Shown: positions 36,262 through 45,613 of the stretch, in pieces
Layout: each line of letters starts with the position of its first letter
How positions within the stretch are numbered: the first letter of the stretch is position 1
Origin: an uncultured Bacteroides sp.
Lineage (GTDB): Bacteria; Bacteroidota; Bacteroidia; Bacteroidales; Bacteroidaceae
Length of the DNA: 64,000 nucleotides
Reading direction: 5' to 3'
Assembly (NCBI GenBank): GCA_947074205.1
Contig: CAMTOQ010000014.1
Span: 400 to 64,399, forward strand
The notes under the pieces: model-generated
What the model saw: only the letters and a program-made list of their open reading frames with translations
What the model was told of the DNA's origin: nothing
Database searches by the model: none
Program-made: the position numbers and the translations under genes

Positions 36262-39171
36262 TTACTTCTTAATAAACTTGGCCGTTTTAGTTTCACCCGA
36301 CACGGTGTAGACCACAAGTAGATAATAACCAGAAGGAAGCGCCGAAACATCGAATGTATAGTCAGCAGCAAATTTCTTAGACTCCATCTTTTGACCTGTT
36401 ACACTATAAACATAAGCGCCATCTAGATCTTCACCACCTACAATTTGCAGTCTGTCTGTTACAAAGGTCGACTCCAGTTCGATAGAGTTCTTTTCTATAC
36501 GATCGCCATAAATACCCGTTGCAGTGAAACTATGCTTAATATTCTCACCTACCAAGCTATTCAGATAAATTTCAAGAGCAGTATATCCAAGTTCGTTCTT
36601 TTGGTTTCTATCTTCGCCATTCTCTGGGTCTAAACCGTTAGCCAACTCCCATGCATCGTCCATACCGTCGGCATCATTGTCCACTACTCTATTATAGGTA
36701 TCATAAGCGATATCTCCCTCTGCTTGAGAAGGCACATCAATAATACCATTGTTACCATAAGGTGCAGTGCCCTCTCTTACGTTTTTCACTACACGTGTAT
36801 CGATTAAATCACGAGGCCACGCACCAGCACCTGCCAATACAGACTCATATGCATCTTGTGCCGACTCGAAATTTTTGTACGAGTATTGATTCCAATCATA
36901 ATGATAGCGAGAGTGATCGCTCTTACCTGTTGGCTGAATCAATGTATCTACACGAATTTCACTAAGAGAATAAGAAGTGCCATTTTCGAAGCCCTTCCAG
37001 TTGTCAGCATTAATAGCATCAGAACCTTCCATAATGTTGCCGTTGAAATACCATTGAGATGGACCTACAGAACTTACTCCTTCGCGAGCTAGAGACTGGC
37101 TAAAAAACACCATAGTAGAGGTTGGAGTAGCCGGACCGGGTTTATAATAGTTGTTCACAAAATTAGCTTCGTGACCAAAGTACTTCTTATTTTCAGAAGT
37201 ATTTTCACCACCGTAGCAAGAGTTACGACGTCCCCAGTTATAGTTTACGTTATTGATATACTCGATAAAAACACTAATATCTTGTCCAACAGTGCCACCA
37301 CGCGAACCATTAAAGCGAGGAGAACGTGAAGAGTTGTTAGCAAGTAGATTGTGGTGATAAGTTGCAGATGAACCACCCCATTGAGCTGCATAACCTCTAG
37401 CACCTTTAGAGTGACCCGCATCGTAGAGACCTTCATGGATGATACACCACTGCACTGTTTGGAAGTGGGTATCGAATGTATTCATATTCTCCTCTACCGA
37501 CCAACCAAAAGTACAATGGTCGATGATAAAGTTTTCGGCGTTCTCTGCCCCAAAAGCATTCTCAGGAATAATTTCACCATTCAAATCTTTATCACCAATA
37601 CGGAAACGTATGTGGCGTAGAATAAAGTTCGAAGAACCACCAAAATTAGTTTTATGCTTGGTGATAAGAATACCATCGCCCGGCGCTGTTTGACCTGCAA
37701 TAGTAAAGTTCTTCTTGGCAACATTCAATGTAGCGGCAAGTTCGATACGTCCGGATACAGCAAATACAATAGTAAAATCGCTTGCATGTTGCTTCAAAGC
37801 CCAACGCAAAGATCCTTCGATAGAACCTGCAGCATCATCTTCAAGATTAGTAACGGTAACTACCGCTCCACCACGACCACCTGTAGCCAGTTTACCAAAA
37901 CCTTCGGCAGTGGGGAATGCTTTTAGCATATTGTCGTCTGTGCTTTGCGCAATAGCAGATTGACTTAAAGCGCCATGAGCTGCCATAGTCTTTACTGCAT
38001 ATCTTCCTTTTGCGTCATCTACCGAGTAGCTAGAGTCAGAGGTAAAAGCTACGAACACGCCATTTTTGAATACTGCATAACCTACAGCATCTTCAACGGG
38101 AGTCCATGTCAATTCGGCACCAGATAACTCTACATATTTAGGAGATTGAACCGGCAAACATAGAGTGAGAGGGTCATAATAGTCTTTCGTATTAGCCTTA
38201 TCAAAAATATACTCAGGAGTAAACTTATCAGCATCTGCTTGAGCCAACTGAAAACTCCAATCTATACGTTGAGAAACATCAAGAAGATTGCCTGCCAAGT
38301 CGCGGCTATTGTATTCGCTAAAGCAAGCACTGTTAGTTGCTTCATCACTCCAAGCGCTCCATCCTTCTTTCTTGATGTGCTTATCCATCTTACAGTTGAT
38401 ATAATGAACACCCGACAACTCTTTCCAAGGGCGACCAAGAGAATATGCTCCTTCTTCTACATCAGGATTAGCAGTGATTGTACAATCACGGAAGATATAA
38501 GTAAAACTCAAAATACGTCCGGTTGCAGTATCAGATTTCTTTAAAGCGAATGCTCTCTCGGCTGGCGCAGTGACGTAACCACCACCCTTAACACAATTGA
38601 TGATACATTGCTCGTAATACATCATACCCGAGCCGAAGATAAAGTCAGTCGCTCCTTCAATAAAGCAATTCTTAAAATAGGCACGAGCACCATTGTTGGT
38701 TCTTTGAGTATCTTGATAGCCTAAGAAACGACAATCTTTGTAGGTCTGACGGTCGCCACTCACGTAGTGTGCTTCAGCTTGACCGACATTGCCCGCAGAG
38801 TTTTCAATAGTAATACCCTCTACATACATATCCTTGCCATAAAACTGGCATGTAGTAATATCCCTAAAGTCAGTAAACTCGCTGCCACTCCCTCTGTTGC
38901 GATCGAAAGTGATGAGAACCTTATCTTTGCTCTCGCCTACAATGCTGACAAGCTTTGTAGCAGGCACATTGACCATTTCTTTATAGGTACCATTTTTAAC
39001 GAAGATGATACTACGATCTGTAGTATTATCGGGAGTTGCATCTATAGCCGACTGTATGGTAGTAAAGTCGCCAGTATTATCGGCGGCAACAACATATACT
39101 TTAGACGTTTGTGCAAATACTCCGCAAATAGATGCGAAGTACAGAAAAGTGAGTAGTAAATACTTCTTCAT
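36262..39171 (-). CDS. CE8 pectin methylesterase - PL1 pectate lyase fusion with T9SS CTD
   Basis: CE8 motifs GTYKE, QAEA, GYQDT, DFIFG, LGRPW; PL1 motifs AFPTAEGFG, DHCTFGW, RSPRF; CTD LPSGYYLL...KFIKK. Start set at MKKYLL. Confidence 0.9.
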   Translation of the reverse strand: MKKYLLLTFLYFASICGVFAQTSKVYVVAADNTGDFTTIQSAIDATPDNTTDRSIIFVKNGTYKEMVNVPATKLVSIVGESKDKVLITFDRNRGSGSEFTDFRDITTCQFYGKDMYVEGITIENSAGNVGQAEAHYVSGDRQTYKDCRFLGYQDTQRTNNGARAYFKNCFIEGATDFIFGSGMMYYEQCIINCVKGGGYVTAPAERAFALKKSDTATGRILSFTYIFRDCTITANPDVEEGAYSLGRPWKELSGVHYINCKMDKHIKKEGWSAWSDEATNSACFSEYNSRDLAGNLLDVSQRIDWSFQLAQADADKFTPEYIFDKANTKDYYDPLTLCLPVQSPKYVELSGAELTWTPVEDAVGYAVFKNGVFVAFTSDSSYSVDDAKGRYAVKTMAAHGALSQSAIAQSTDDNMLKAFPTAEGFGKLATGGRGGAVVTVTNLEDDAAGSIEGSLRWALKQHASDFTIVFAVSGRIELAATLNVAKKNFTIAGQTAPGDGILITKHKTNFGGSSNFILRHIRFRIGDKDLNGEIIPENAFGAENAENFIIDHCTFGWSVEENMNTFDTHFQTVQWCIIHEGLYDAGHSKGARGYAAQWGGSSATYHHNLLANNSSRSPRFNGSRGGTVGQDISVFIEYINNVNYNWGRRNSCYGGENTSENKKYFGHEANFVNNYYKPGPATPTSTMVFFSQSLAREGVSSVGPSQWYFNGNIMEGSDAINADNWKGFENGTSYSLSEIRVDTLIQPTGKSDHSRYHYDWNQYSYKNFESAQDAYESVLAGAGAWPRDLIDTRVVKNVREGTAPYGNNGIIDVPSQAEGDIAYDTYNRVVDNDADGMDDAWELANGLDPENGEDRNQKNELGYTALEIYLNSLVGENIKHSFTATGIYGDRIEKNSIELESTFVTDRLQIVGGEDLDGAYVYSVTGQKMESKKFAADYTFDVSALPSGYYLLVVYTVSGETKTAKFIKK

Positions 39172-39214
39172 ACGTATGTTTAAGATTATTTTTGGTTTTC
39201 TTGTCACTTAATAG

Positions 39215-39240
39215 GACTATAGTATCAAATCTATGTACTC
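39215..39240 (-). promoter_or_regulatory. Putative ECF promoter GAGTAC-N16-AGTC
   Basis: Minus strand GAGTAC atagatttgatactat AGTC, 43 bp before ATG 39171. Confidence 0.65.
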
Positions 39241-39292
39241 ATTAAAATCTACATAAATTTAATTATTTTAATCACAAGACCAAAACAAACAG

Positions 39293-39330
39293 AAAAAGAG
39301 TGGAGAATTTCTTTATCAATTCTCCACTCT
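39293..39330 (-). terminator. Intrinsic terminator after the second susD
   Basis: AGAGTGGAGAATT / AATTCTCCACTCT inverted repeat plus T tract on the minus strand. Confidence 0.85.
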
Positions 39331-39356
39331 CCTCCTATTTAGAATACAGTTGTTTA

Positions 39357-41213
39357 TTATTCAAATGGGTTAAAGCAACCTTTAGTTTCATCATACGACC
39401 ATCCCATAGTTTGCAAAATTCCAGGGCTACGCGTTAAGATACCATCAGTCACATCAAAGAAATTATAGCTACCAGTAGTAGAACTTCTCAACTCATCTTC
39501 AGTAGTAACACATTGATAGTTTATCACAGCGGCAACATCAGTAGCAGTACCTTGTGCGGCTCTCATATATGTGGTCACCTCATCCATACTTAATCCTTCG
39601 CGGATACCAGCAAAAGTATTAGCATTAGTTCCAAGCTTTAACTGATACTTTATAGCCCAAGTTACCTTCTTTTCACCATTAAGCTTGCTAGTATTTGGAC
39701 CAAGGTCATTGCTAAACATATTACGACGACGAAGATCATGGAAACGCTTACCTTCGAAAGCTAGCTCAATAAATCTTTCGTTCATCACCAACTCTAACTT
39801 GCTGAAAGTTGAGTTCGGATCTTTAAGACCATAATAATAGTCACCTTCAGGAATACCTGCACGTTGGCGCAACTGGCCTAAACAATCGTACATTTTAGCC
39901 TCATCACCAGTTTCCAACGCAGCTTCAGCCATATTAAGAAGAACTTCTGCATAACGCATCTCCATCCAGTTAGTGCTAGTTTTTGTAAGGTCTAGGATAG
40001 AGCCATTCAACATTTTTCTACAATAGTAGCCTGTAGTTGTAGTGGCATTACCAGAAGCATCACCATTAGTATATGTCCATTGACGATAAGAGCTATTGCC
40101 CTTATAAGGGAAGTAACATCCATTGTAAACAATAGTAGAGTAGAAACGTGGATCACGATCCTTCCAGTAGTTTAGGTCTTTACCCTCTTTTGTATACTGT
40201 GTACCGTCTGCATTAGGGAAAGCCATTACCAAAGGCAAACTTGGTAGATTAGATGGACGAGAGGTAGTATTACCGGTTTGAGAACCTGGGCGAACACTAT
40301 TCTCATATCCATGATATCTCTTTGAGCCATCATAAACAGTAACAAACATTGCTTCAGTATTGGCATAACCACTTTCAATGAAAACTTTATTGATATCAGT
40401 TTTAACCGGCCATTGAGTTGTTACTGTTGTAGAGCAATCCAGCAATTTAAAGCCATCCTGAGCACAAAGATCCATTGCACGCTTGTTAGCTTGATATGCA
40501 TCGTTCCATCTATCACGCGCTGTTTGCGATGACTGATCGGGAGTAAACTGTGGACTTGCATAGTACAGCAAAATACGTCCGAGCATACCAGCTGCGGTAG
40601 AACGGGTAATCATTCCCCATTCAGCATCGCTCCACTTAGCTGGAAGCATTTCAATAGCCATTTCTAAGTCTTCCTTCAAGAAGCGAATACACTCAGAAGT
40701 TTTATTACGTTTCGCATTCTTCAATTCTTCATCTGTGGTATAACCAACTACATCTTTCATATATGGGATACCACCGTGGCTAAGAATCATCTTCCAGTGC
40801 TGATAAGCACGGAAGAAGTAAAGCTGGCCTTCGATAGCATTGCGCGAAGAAGTAGACATCTTACTTCCCTGCATTTCATCGAATGCAATATTGATGTAAC
40901 GGATTACAGCATAGTTATCTGCCGAGAAAGTACCCACTGCACCAAAGCCCATAGTACCTTCTAATAAAGTATTCAAGTTACCACCTACTTCGTCCGAACA
41001 AGCTGTAGCACGAGCCGAAGAGTAAACATAATCACCACCAAATTCCGGAAGTGTCTTCACATATATGTTGTTCACATACAATTGGGCCGATTGCTGACTA
41101 TCCCAGATGTTGGTACTGATTTCCGAGTCGTTTTGCACATCCAAGAAATCACTACAACCTGCAAAGAATGGCAGCAGACACAATAGTCCAATTAGTTTTC
41201 TATTTAGTTTCAT
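39357..41213 (-). CDS. susD: SusD/RagB family lipoprotein
   Basis: Lipobox FAGC; RDPRFY, RYAEVLLNMAEA, ERFIELAFEGKRFHDLRR. Confidence 0.94.
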   Translation of the reverse strand: MKLNRKLIGLLCLLPFFAGCSDFLDVQNDSEISTNIWDSQQSAQLYVNNIYVKTLPEFGGDYVYSSARATACSDEVGGNLNTLLEGTMGFGAVGTFSADNYAVIRYINIAFDEMQGSKMSTSSRNAIEGQLYFFRAYQHWKMILSHGGIPYMKDVVGYTTDEELKNAKRNKTSECIRFLKEDLEMAIEMLPAKWSDAEWGMITRSTAAGMLGRILLYYASPQFTPDQSSQTARDRWNDAYQANKRAMDLCAQDGFKLLDCSTTVTTQWPVKTDINKVFIESGYANTEAMFVTVYDGSKRYHGYENSVRPGSQTGNTTSRPSNLPSLPLVMAFPNADGTQYTKEGKDLNYWKDRDPRFYSTIVYNGCYFPYKGNSSYRQWTYTNGDASGNATTTTGYYCRKMLNGSILDLTKTSTNWMEMRYAEVLLNMAEAALETGDEAKMYDCLGQLRQRAGIPEGDYYYGLKDPNSTFSKLELVMNERFIELAFEGKRFHDLRRRNMFSNDLGPNTSKLNGEKKVTWAIKYQLKLGTNANTFAGIREGLSMDEVTTYMRAAQGTATDVAAVINYQCVTTEDELRSSTTGSYNFFDVTDGILTRSPGILQTMGWSYDETKGCFNPFE

Positions 41214-41228
41214 AATTCTGTATCGTTA

Positions 41229-44200
41229 TTAAAATCCAATGTTAACACCAAAGTTAAATGTTCTGATCTGTGGATAGTCACTCCAGTAACCTACATAAGC
41301 ATCTTTATAATCGAATGGATTGACAATTGTCCATAAGTTATTAGCGGTAAAGAATACACGACAAGATGCAATACTAGCTTTACTCATCAACTCTCTAGGC
41401 AATGAGTATGAGATATTAACTGTTCTCAATCTCAATGAATGACCATCGCGCATCCAGAAGTCAGAGCGCTGACCACGAAGTGAATTACTATCCAAACGTG
41501 GATACTTTGCATCAGGATTCATCAATGAACCATCTTCGTTTGATATAGCATAGTTACCATACCATTCGCTCAACTGGTTTGAACGGATTGACAAGAAGTC
41601 GCCTGTACGTCCACCACCAGAAGCAGTTGTATAGAAACCTTTATCAAATACTACATCATTACCAAACTGTCCGCTAAACAGCAAGGATACTGAAACACCT
41701 TTCCAGTTAAAGCCTAAGTTAAAGCTATAGTTATAAGGAGCATTATCAAATTTACTAATAATACAGTTATCACCATCAGCATTGATGATACCGTCGGGAG
41801 ATTGATTGCTTACAGTAGTACCTAAGTCTTGGTACATCAACATACCTGGACGCAATTGATTCCAGCTCAAACCAAGAACGCTAATGTCTTCTTTATTACC
41901 AGACGCTGTATTAGCAGCCAAATAGTCGATGTAGTTATTTACATCATCCCAAGTACGGGCCATACCATCGCCTTTTCCATCTGGACCTTTCCAAACTTTG
42001 TAACCAACTTCGCCACCGCGAATACGTCCTTCTTCATCTTGCCATGTACCAATGATACCAGGGTTTTGATATTTCTTCAATACCTTACTGCGTGAGAAAG
42101 AGAAGTTACCTTTTGCATTAATAGACCAGTCATTATTAAGCTGTTTTCTATAGCCTAAAGCAAATTCAAGTCCCCAAGCATTTTGTGCACCATAGTTGAT
42201 ACGTGGTGTGCTACCCGAAATACCTGCCGATTGGGGGAATGTACTCTTAGCATCATCCAAAATATCGAATGTATGTTTAAAGAAGTAGTCACCTTCGAAA
42301 GTAAATCCGTTGGCCAACATCATATCAATACCCACATTGTAGCTATCAGTCTTCTCCCAAGTAGAGTTAAGAGCTACTAGCCCACTTAAGTTTGGTTGAA
42401 GAATCGTTTGTTGATTACCACCGCCGAAAAGGAGATTACCTGAACCAAATCCATACGATTGTCTCCACTGTCCAAGAATAGCTTTGTCGTTACCAATACG
42501 TCCGTAACTAGCACGTAGTTTGAGGTTTTCAATACCACGAACATTTTCCTTAAACCAAGCTTCTTCTGAAATACGCCAGCTAGCAGATAGTGCATAGAAC
42601 AGACCCCAACGATGTTTAGGAGCAAAGTTTGTAGAACCTTCATAGCGTAGAGTTCCTTCGAACAAATATCTATCGGCATACGAGTAGTTTACACGACCAA
42701 TATGAGAAAGACGACGCGATAAGGGTTGGAAAGATGATGTACCGGTAAGGTTGTTGGTATCAAATCCTTGAAGAGAATTGACATTGTCAATTATAACATC
42801 TTGAGCAGTGATACTTAAACCGTTTGAATTAGACTCTGCCACCTCAAATACATACATTGCTGATAAATTGTTATCACCAAACTTAGCGTTATAGTTTACT
42901 TGAGGGTTGATTTGATAAGAGTAGCTAAAATCGGCACCATCTTGATAACTTTGACCATTATTCAATGTAGTAGTACCAGCTACCGTATTATTAGTCAAAC
43001 GACCATCATAATAAGTACCGTCAGCATTTTGATATTGGATATTTTCAAAGTTATATACTGTATAAGGGCGGTAAATGTTACGACCAGTTGCACCTGTACG
43101 CGCGTAGTTAGCAGACAAGCTTACAGTCAAACCCTTTACCCATGGTAAATCGTAGTCGAACTTAGCACTCATAGATGTATTATCATCACGCTTTTTTCTT
43201 GATGAACCACTATCGAAAATAGCTAGTGGGTGAGTGTCTGATGAGTCCATACCGTTACCTACAGGCAATCCGTCGATATAAGCAGGAATCCACTGAGGCA
43301 TACGAGCCATATCACTAAAAGTACCATACATTAGCTGTGGTTCTTTATCCTTATTATTCAAAGGCATTGAGGTGCTTTTTGTAGCATAACTCATATTGAA
43401 CGAACCACGAATGTTCTGAGTAAACTTCACGTCCAAGCCCATACGAACATTGAAACGGTTGGCATTAAGGCTAGCAAAGTTACCATCAGCAAATGTATAT
43501 GAACCACCAATAAAGTATTTCACTTTATCTGATCCGCCACTAACATTCAATGTATGACGAGTATTTAGCGCTGTCTTCCATCCTTCGTCCAACCAGTTAT
43601 AACCCACCCCTTGCAAATCAGTTAGCTCCTGATTAGAGAAGAATGTGTAGTTGCTGGCATCACCCAAACCACTGTAAACTTCTTCACGCCAAAGGTCGTT
43701 CAAAGCAGAAGCTTGTTGGTAAGCAGACATCATGCTAGGCATAGACAAACCATCCGAGAAACCTACAGACCCAGAATAGTTAATAGTAGTTTTACCTTCC
43801 GTACCTCTTTTGGTAGTAACCAAGATAACACCACCGGCACCACGCACACCGTATACGGCTGCCGAAGCATCTTTCAACACAGAGATATTATCAATTTCAG
43901 AAGCATCCAAAAGATTAAAGTCAGAAGCTTCGCGAATAAAACCGTCGATTACATACAAAGGAGGTTCCGCATTCCACGAGCCACTAGTACGAATCTTGAT
44001 AGAAGCATCTGCGATAGGATTACCGGTAGACTCACCTACTGTTACCCCTGCCATAGTACCCATCAAAACTGAAGTTAGGTTTGTTGCAGGCATATCGTCT
44101 AGTTCGTCCATCTTCACACTAGTAACGGCACCTGTCAAGTTTGCGCGTTTAACAGCACCATAACCTACAACCACCACTTCATCAAGCACTTTAGAATCTT

Positions 44201-44573
44201 CTTCTAAAACCACCTTGAGGTGAGCACCTGCTTTAGCATGAACTACTTTAGTTTGATAGCCCACAAAAGAAATGATTAGTTTCGCATTTTGTGGAACAGT
44301 TAATGAAAAGTTACCATCCAAATCGGTTATAGTACCAGTTGCTCCCCCCTCTACTTTTACGCTGGCACCAATAACTGGTTCACCATTGGGTTCAACAACA
44401 GTACCTTTAACTGTAATCTGCTGGTTCACTGCTTGTGTTGCTGTTACGTCATCAGCTGCCAAAACTGACGCAGGCGATCCAACAAGACACGAGCATAAAA
44501 TCATAGCAGCACAAAGAGATTTGCGCATTTTAAAATCATGCAGCAATCGGTTCTTACTTATTTTCTGACTCAT
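41229..44573 (-). CDS. susC: SusC/RagA TonB-dependent transporter
   Basis: LDEVVVVGYG, LKDASAAVYGVRGAGGVILVTTKRG, C-terminal Phe; no STN domain. Start set at MSQKIS. Confidence 0.95.
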   Translation of the reverse strand: MSQKISKNRLLHDFKMRKSLCAAMILCSCLVGSPASVLAADDVTATQAVNQQITVKGTVVEPNGEPVIGASVKVEGGATGTITDLDGNFSLTVPQNAKLIISFVGYQTKVVHAKAGAHLKVVLEEDSKVLDEVVVVGYGAVKRANLTGAVTSVKMDELDDMPATNLTSVLMGTMAGVTVGESTGNPIADASIKIRTSGSWNAEPPLYVIDGFIREASDFNLLDASEIDNISVLKDASAAVYGVRGAGGVILVTTKRGTEGKTTINYSGSVGFSDGLSMPSMMSAYQQASALNDLWREEVYSGLGDASNYTFFSNQELTDLQGVGYNWLDEGWKTALNTRHTLNVSGGSDKVKYFIGGSYTFADGNFASLNANRFNVRMGLDVKFTQNIRGSFNMSYATKSTSMPLNNKDKEPQLMYGTFSDMARMPQWIPAYIDGLPVGNGMDSSDTHPLAIFDSGSSRKKRDDNTSMSAKFDYDLPWVKGLTVSLSANYARTGATGRNIYRPYTVYNFENIQYQNADGTYYDGRLTNNTVAGTTTLNNGQSYQDGADFSYSYQINPQVNYNAKFGDNNLSAMYVFEVAESNSNGLSITAQDVIIDNVNSLQGFDTNNLTGTSSFQPLSRRLSHIGRVNYSYADRYLFEGTLRYEGSTNFAPKHRWGLFYALSASWRISEEAWFKENVRGIENLKLRASYGRIGNDKAILGQWRQSYGFGSGNLLFGGGNQQTILQPNLSGLVALNSTWEKTDSYNVGIDMMLANGFTFEGDYFFKHTFDILDDAKSTFPQSAGISGSTPRINYGAQNAWGLEFALGYRKQLNNDWSINAKGNFSFSRSKVLKKYQNPGIIGTWQDEEGRIRGGEVGYKVWKGPDGKGDGMARTWDDVNNYIDYLAANTASGNKEDISVLGLSWNQLRPGMLMYQDLGTTVSNQSPDGIINADGDNCIISKFDNAPYNYSFNLGFNWKGVSVSLLFSGQFGNDVVFDKGFYTTASGGGRTGDFLSIRSNQLSEWYGNYAISNEDGSLMNPDAKYPRLDSNSLRGQRSDFWMRDGHSLRLRTVNISYSLPRELMSKASIASCRVFFTANNLWTIVNPFDYKDAYVGYWSDYPQIRTFNFGVNIGF

Positions 44574-44597
44574 AGAATTAAATATTAATGGCATTAA

Positions 44598-45509
44598 TTA
44601 TTTCTGAAATATCGTTTTAATATACTCTACATTCTCTCCGTAGTTCTTCTTTACATTTCTCACATCATCTTTATCACGAGAACGTTCTACTACTAACCAA
44701 CCTTTCCAGCCCATACGCTTCAAAGTCTTTTTGACCTTCTTCATATCTATGCGCTCGTTGTTAGGAAGAGTCACACCATCGGTATCGGTGCAGTGTATTT
44801 GGCAAATTCTATCTTTGCCCAAAGTGCGGAGTTCTTTATAGAGGTTTCTATTATTTTCAAGTGCATTTTGAAACTTGAAGTAAATTTTGATTCCATCGGA
44901 GTTGATTTCTTTGAGAAGTTCAATCTCTTGAGTTGCCGGCAGGGAAGTTTCAATACCAATCACCTTACCCTTGGCAGCTGCCATATCGCCTACTTCCTTT
45001 AACCGTCGTACAAGTTCAGGGCGAACTTCAGGATTCTTTTGTAGGTCGCAACCTGTTCCTAAAGGAAGAAAAGCGGTATTCACGTTCATCACCTCCATAG
45101 TACTGAGACAGTCTTGTACCAATTCTTTGTAATTGCTATGAACGGCAAATGACTGACCATAAAAGCCAGACATAGCAATAGAGGCAATCTCTATATTATA
45201 TTCGGAAGATTTTTGTTGAAAGAGTTCTTGGAAATGTTTTTCGCGTAGTTTATTATCGAAAGAGTCTCTTTTGCCAAGGCTACCCATATCGAGTTCAACG
45301 CCATCGCTACCCAGCTCATTAGCAAGCTGAAAGACTCCTATCTTTTGTCGTTTTAGTACCATCCAGTCACAAACAGCCACTTTATAGTCTTGGTCATTTG
45401 ACGTAATTTCGGCAAAAGAAAAGTTAGATGCTATTGTGTTTTGTGCAGATAGCAAGAAGAGAATAAAACCTATCAAATAGCGATAAGCATGTGTTATTTT
45501 GTTTTTCAT
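44598..45509 (-). CDS. Xylose-isomerase-like TIM barrel (AP_endonuc_2 family), exported
   Basis: Signal peptide; DGVELD, IGIET, QIHCTD, WKGWLVVE motifs. Confidence 0.78.
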   Translation of the reverse strand: MKNKITHAYRYLIGFILFLLSAQNTIASNFSFAEITSNDQDYKVAVCDWMVLKRQKIGVFQLANELGSDGVELDMGSLGKRDSFDNKLREKHFQELFQQKSSEYNIEIASIAMSGFYGQSFAVHSNYKELVQDCLSTMEVMNVNTAFLPLGTGCDLQKNPEVRPELVRRLKEVGDMAAAKGKVIGIETSLPATQEIELLKEINSDGIKIYFKFQNALENNRNLYKELRTLGKDRICQIHCTDTDGVTLPNNERIDMKKVKKTLKRMGWKGWLVVERSRDKDDVRNVKKNYGENVEYIKTIFQK

Positions 45510-45544
45510 AAACGGATCAAATTAATCCAATAAGGCATAAAAAT

Positions 45545-45587
45545 ATATAGTGAGGACGTATATCAAATTAATACGTACTCACTATAT
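45545..45587 (-). terminator. Hairpin after GH2 that also contains the next promoter
   Basis: ATATAGTGAGGACGTAT / ATACGTACTCACTATAT (17 bp, one mismatch) with a T-rich tail on the minus strand. Confidence 0.6.
45555..45580 (-). promoter_or_regulatory. Putative ECF promoter GAGTAC-N16-CGTC for the TIM barrel-susC-susD unit
   Basis: Minus strand GAGTAC gtattaatttgatata CGTC, 45 bp before ATG 45509. Confidence 0.72.
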
Positions 45588-45613
45588 TTAAAAAATATTT
45601 GGAAATAGTCGTT

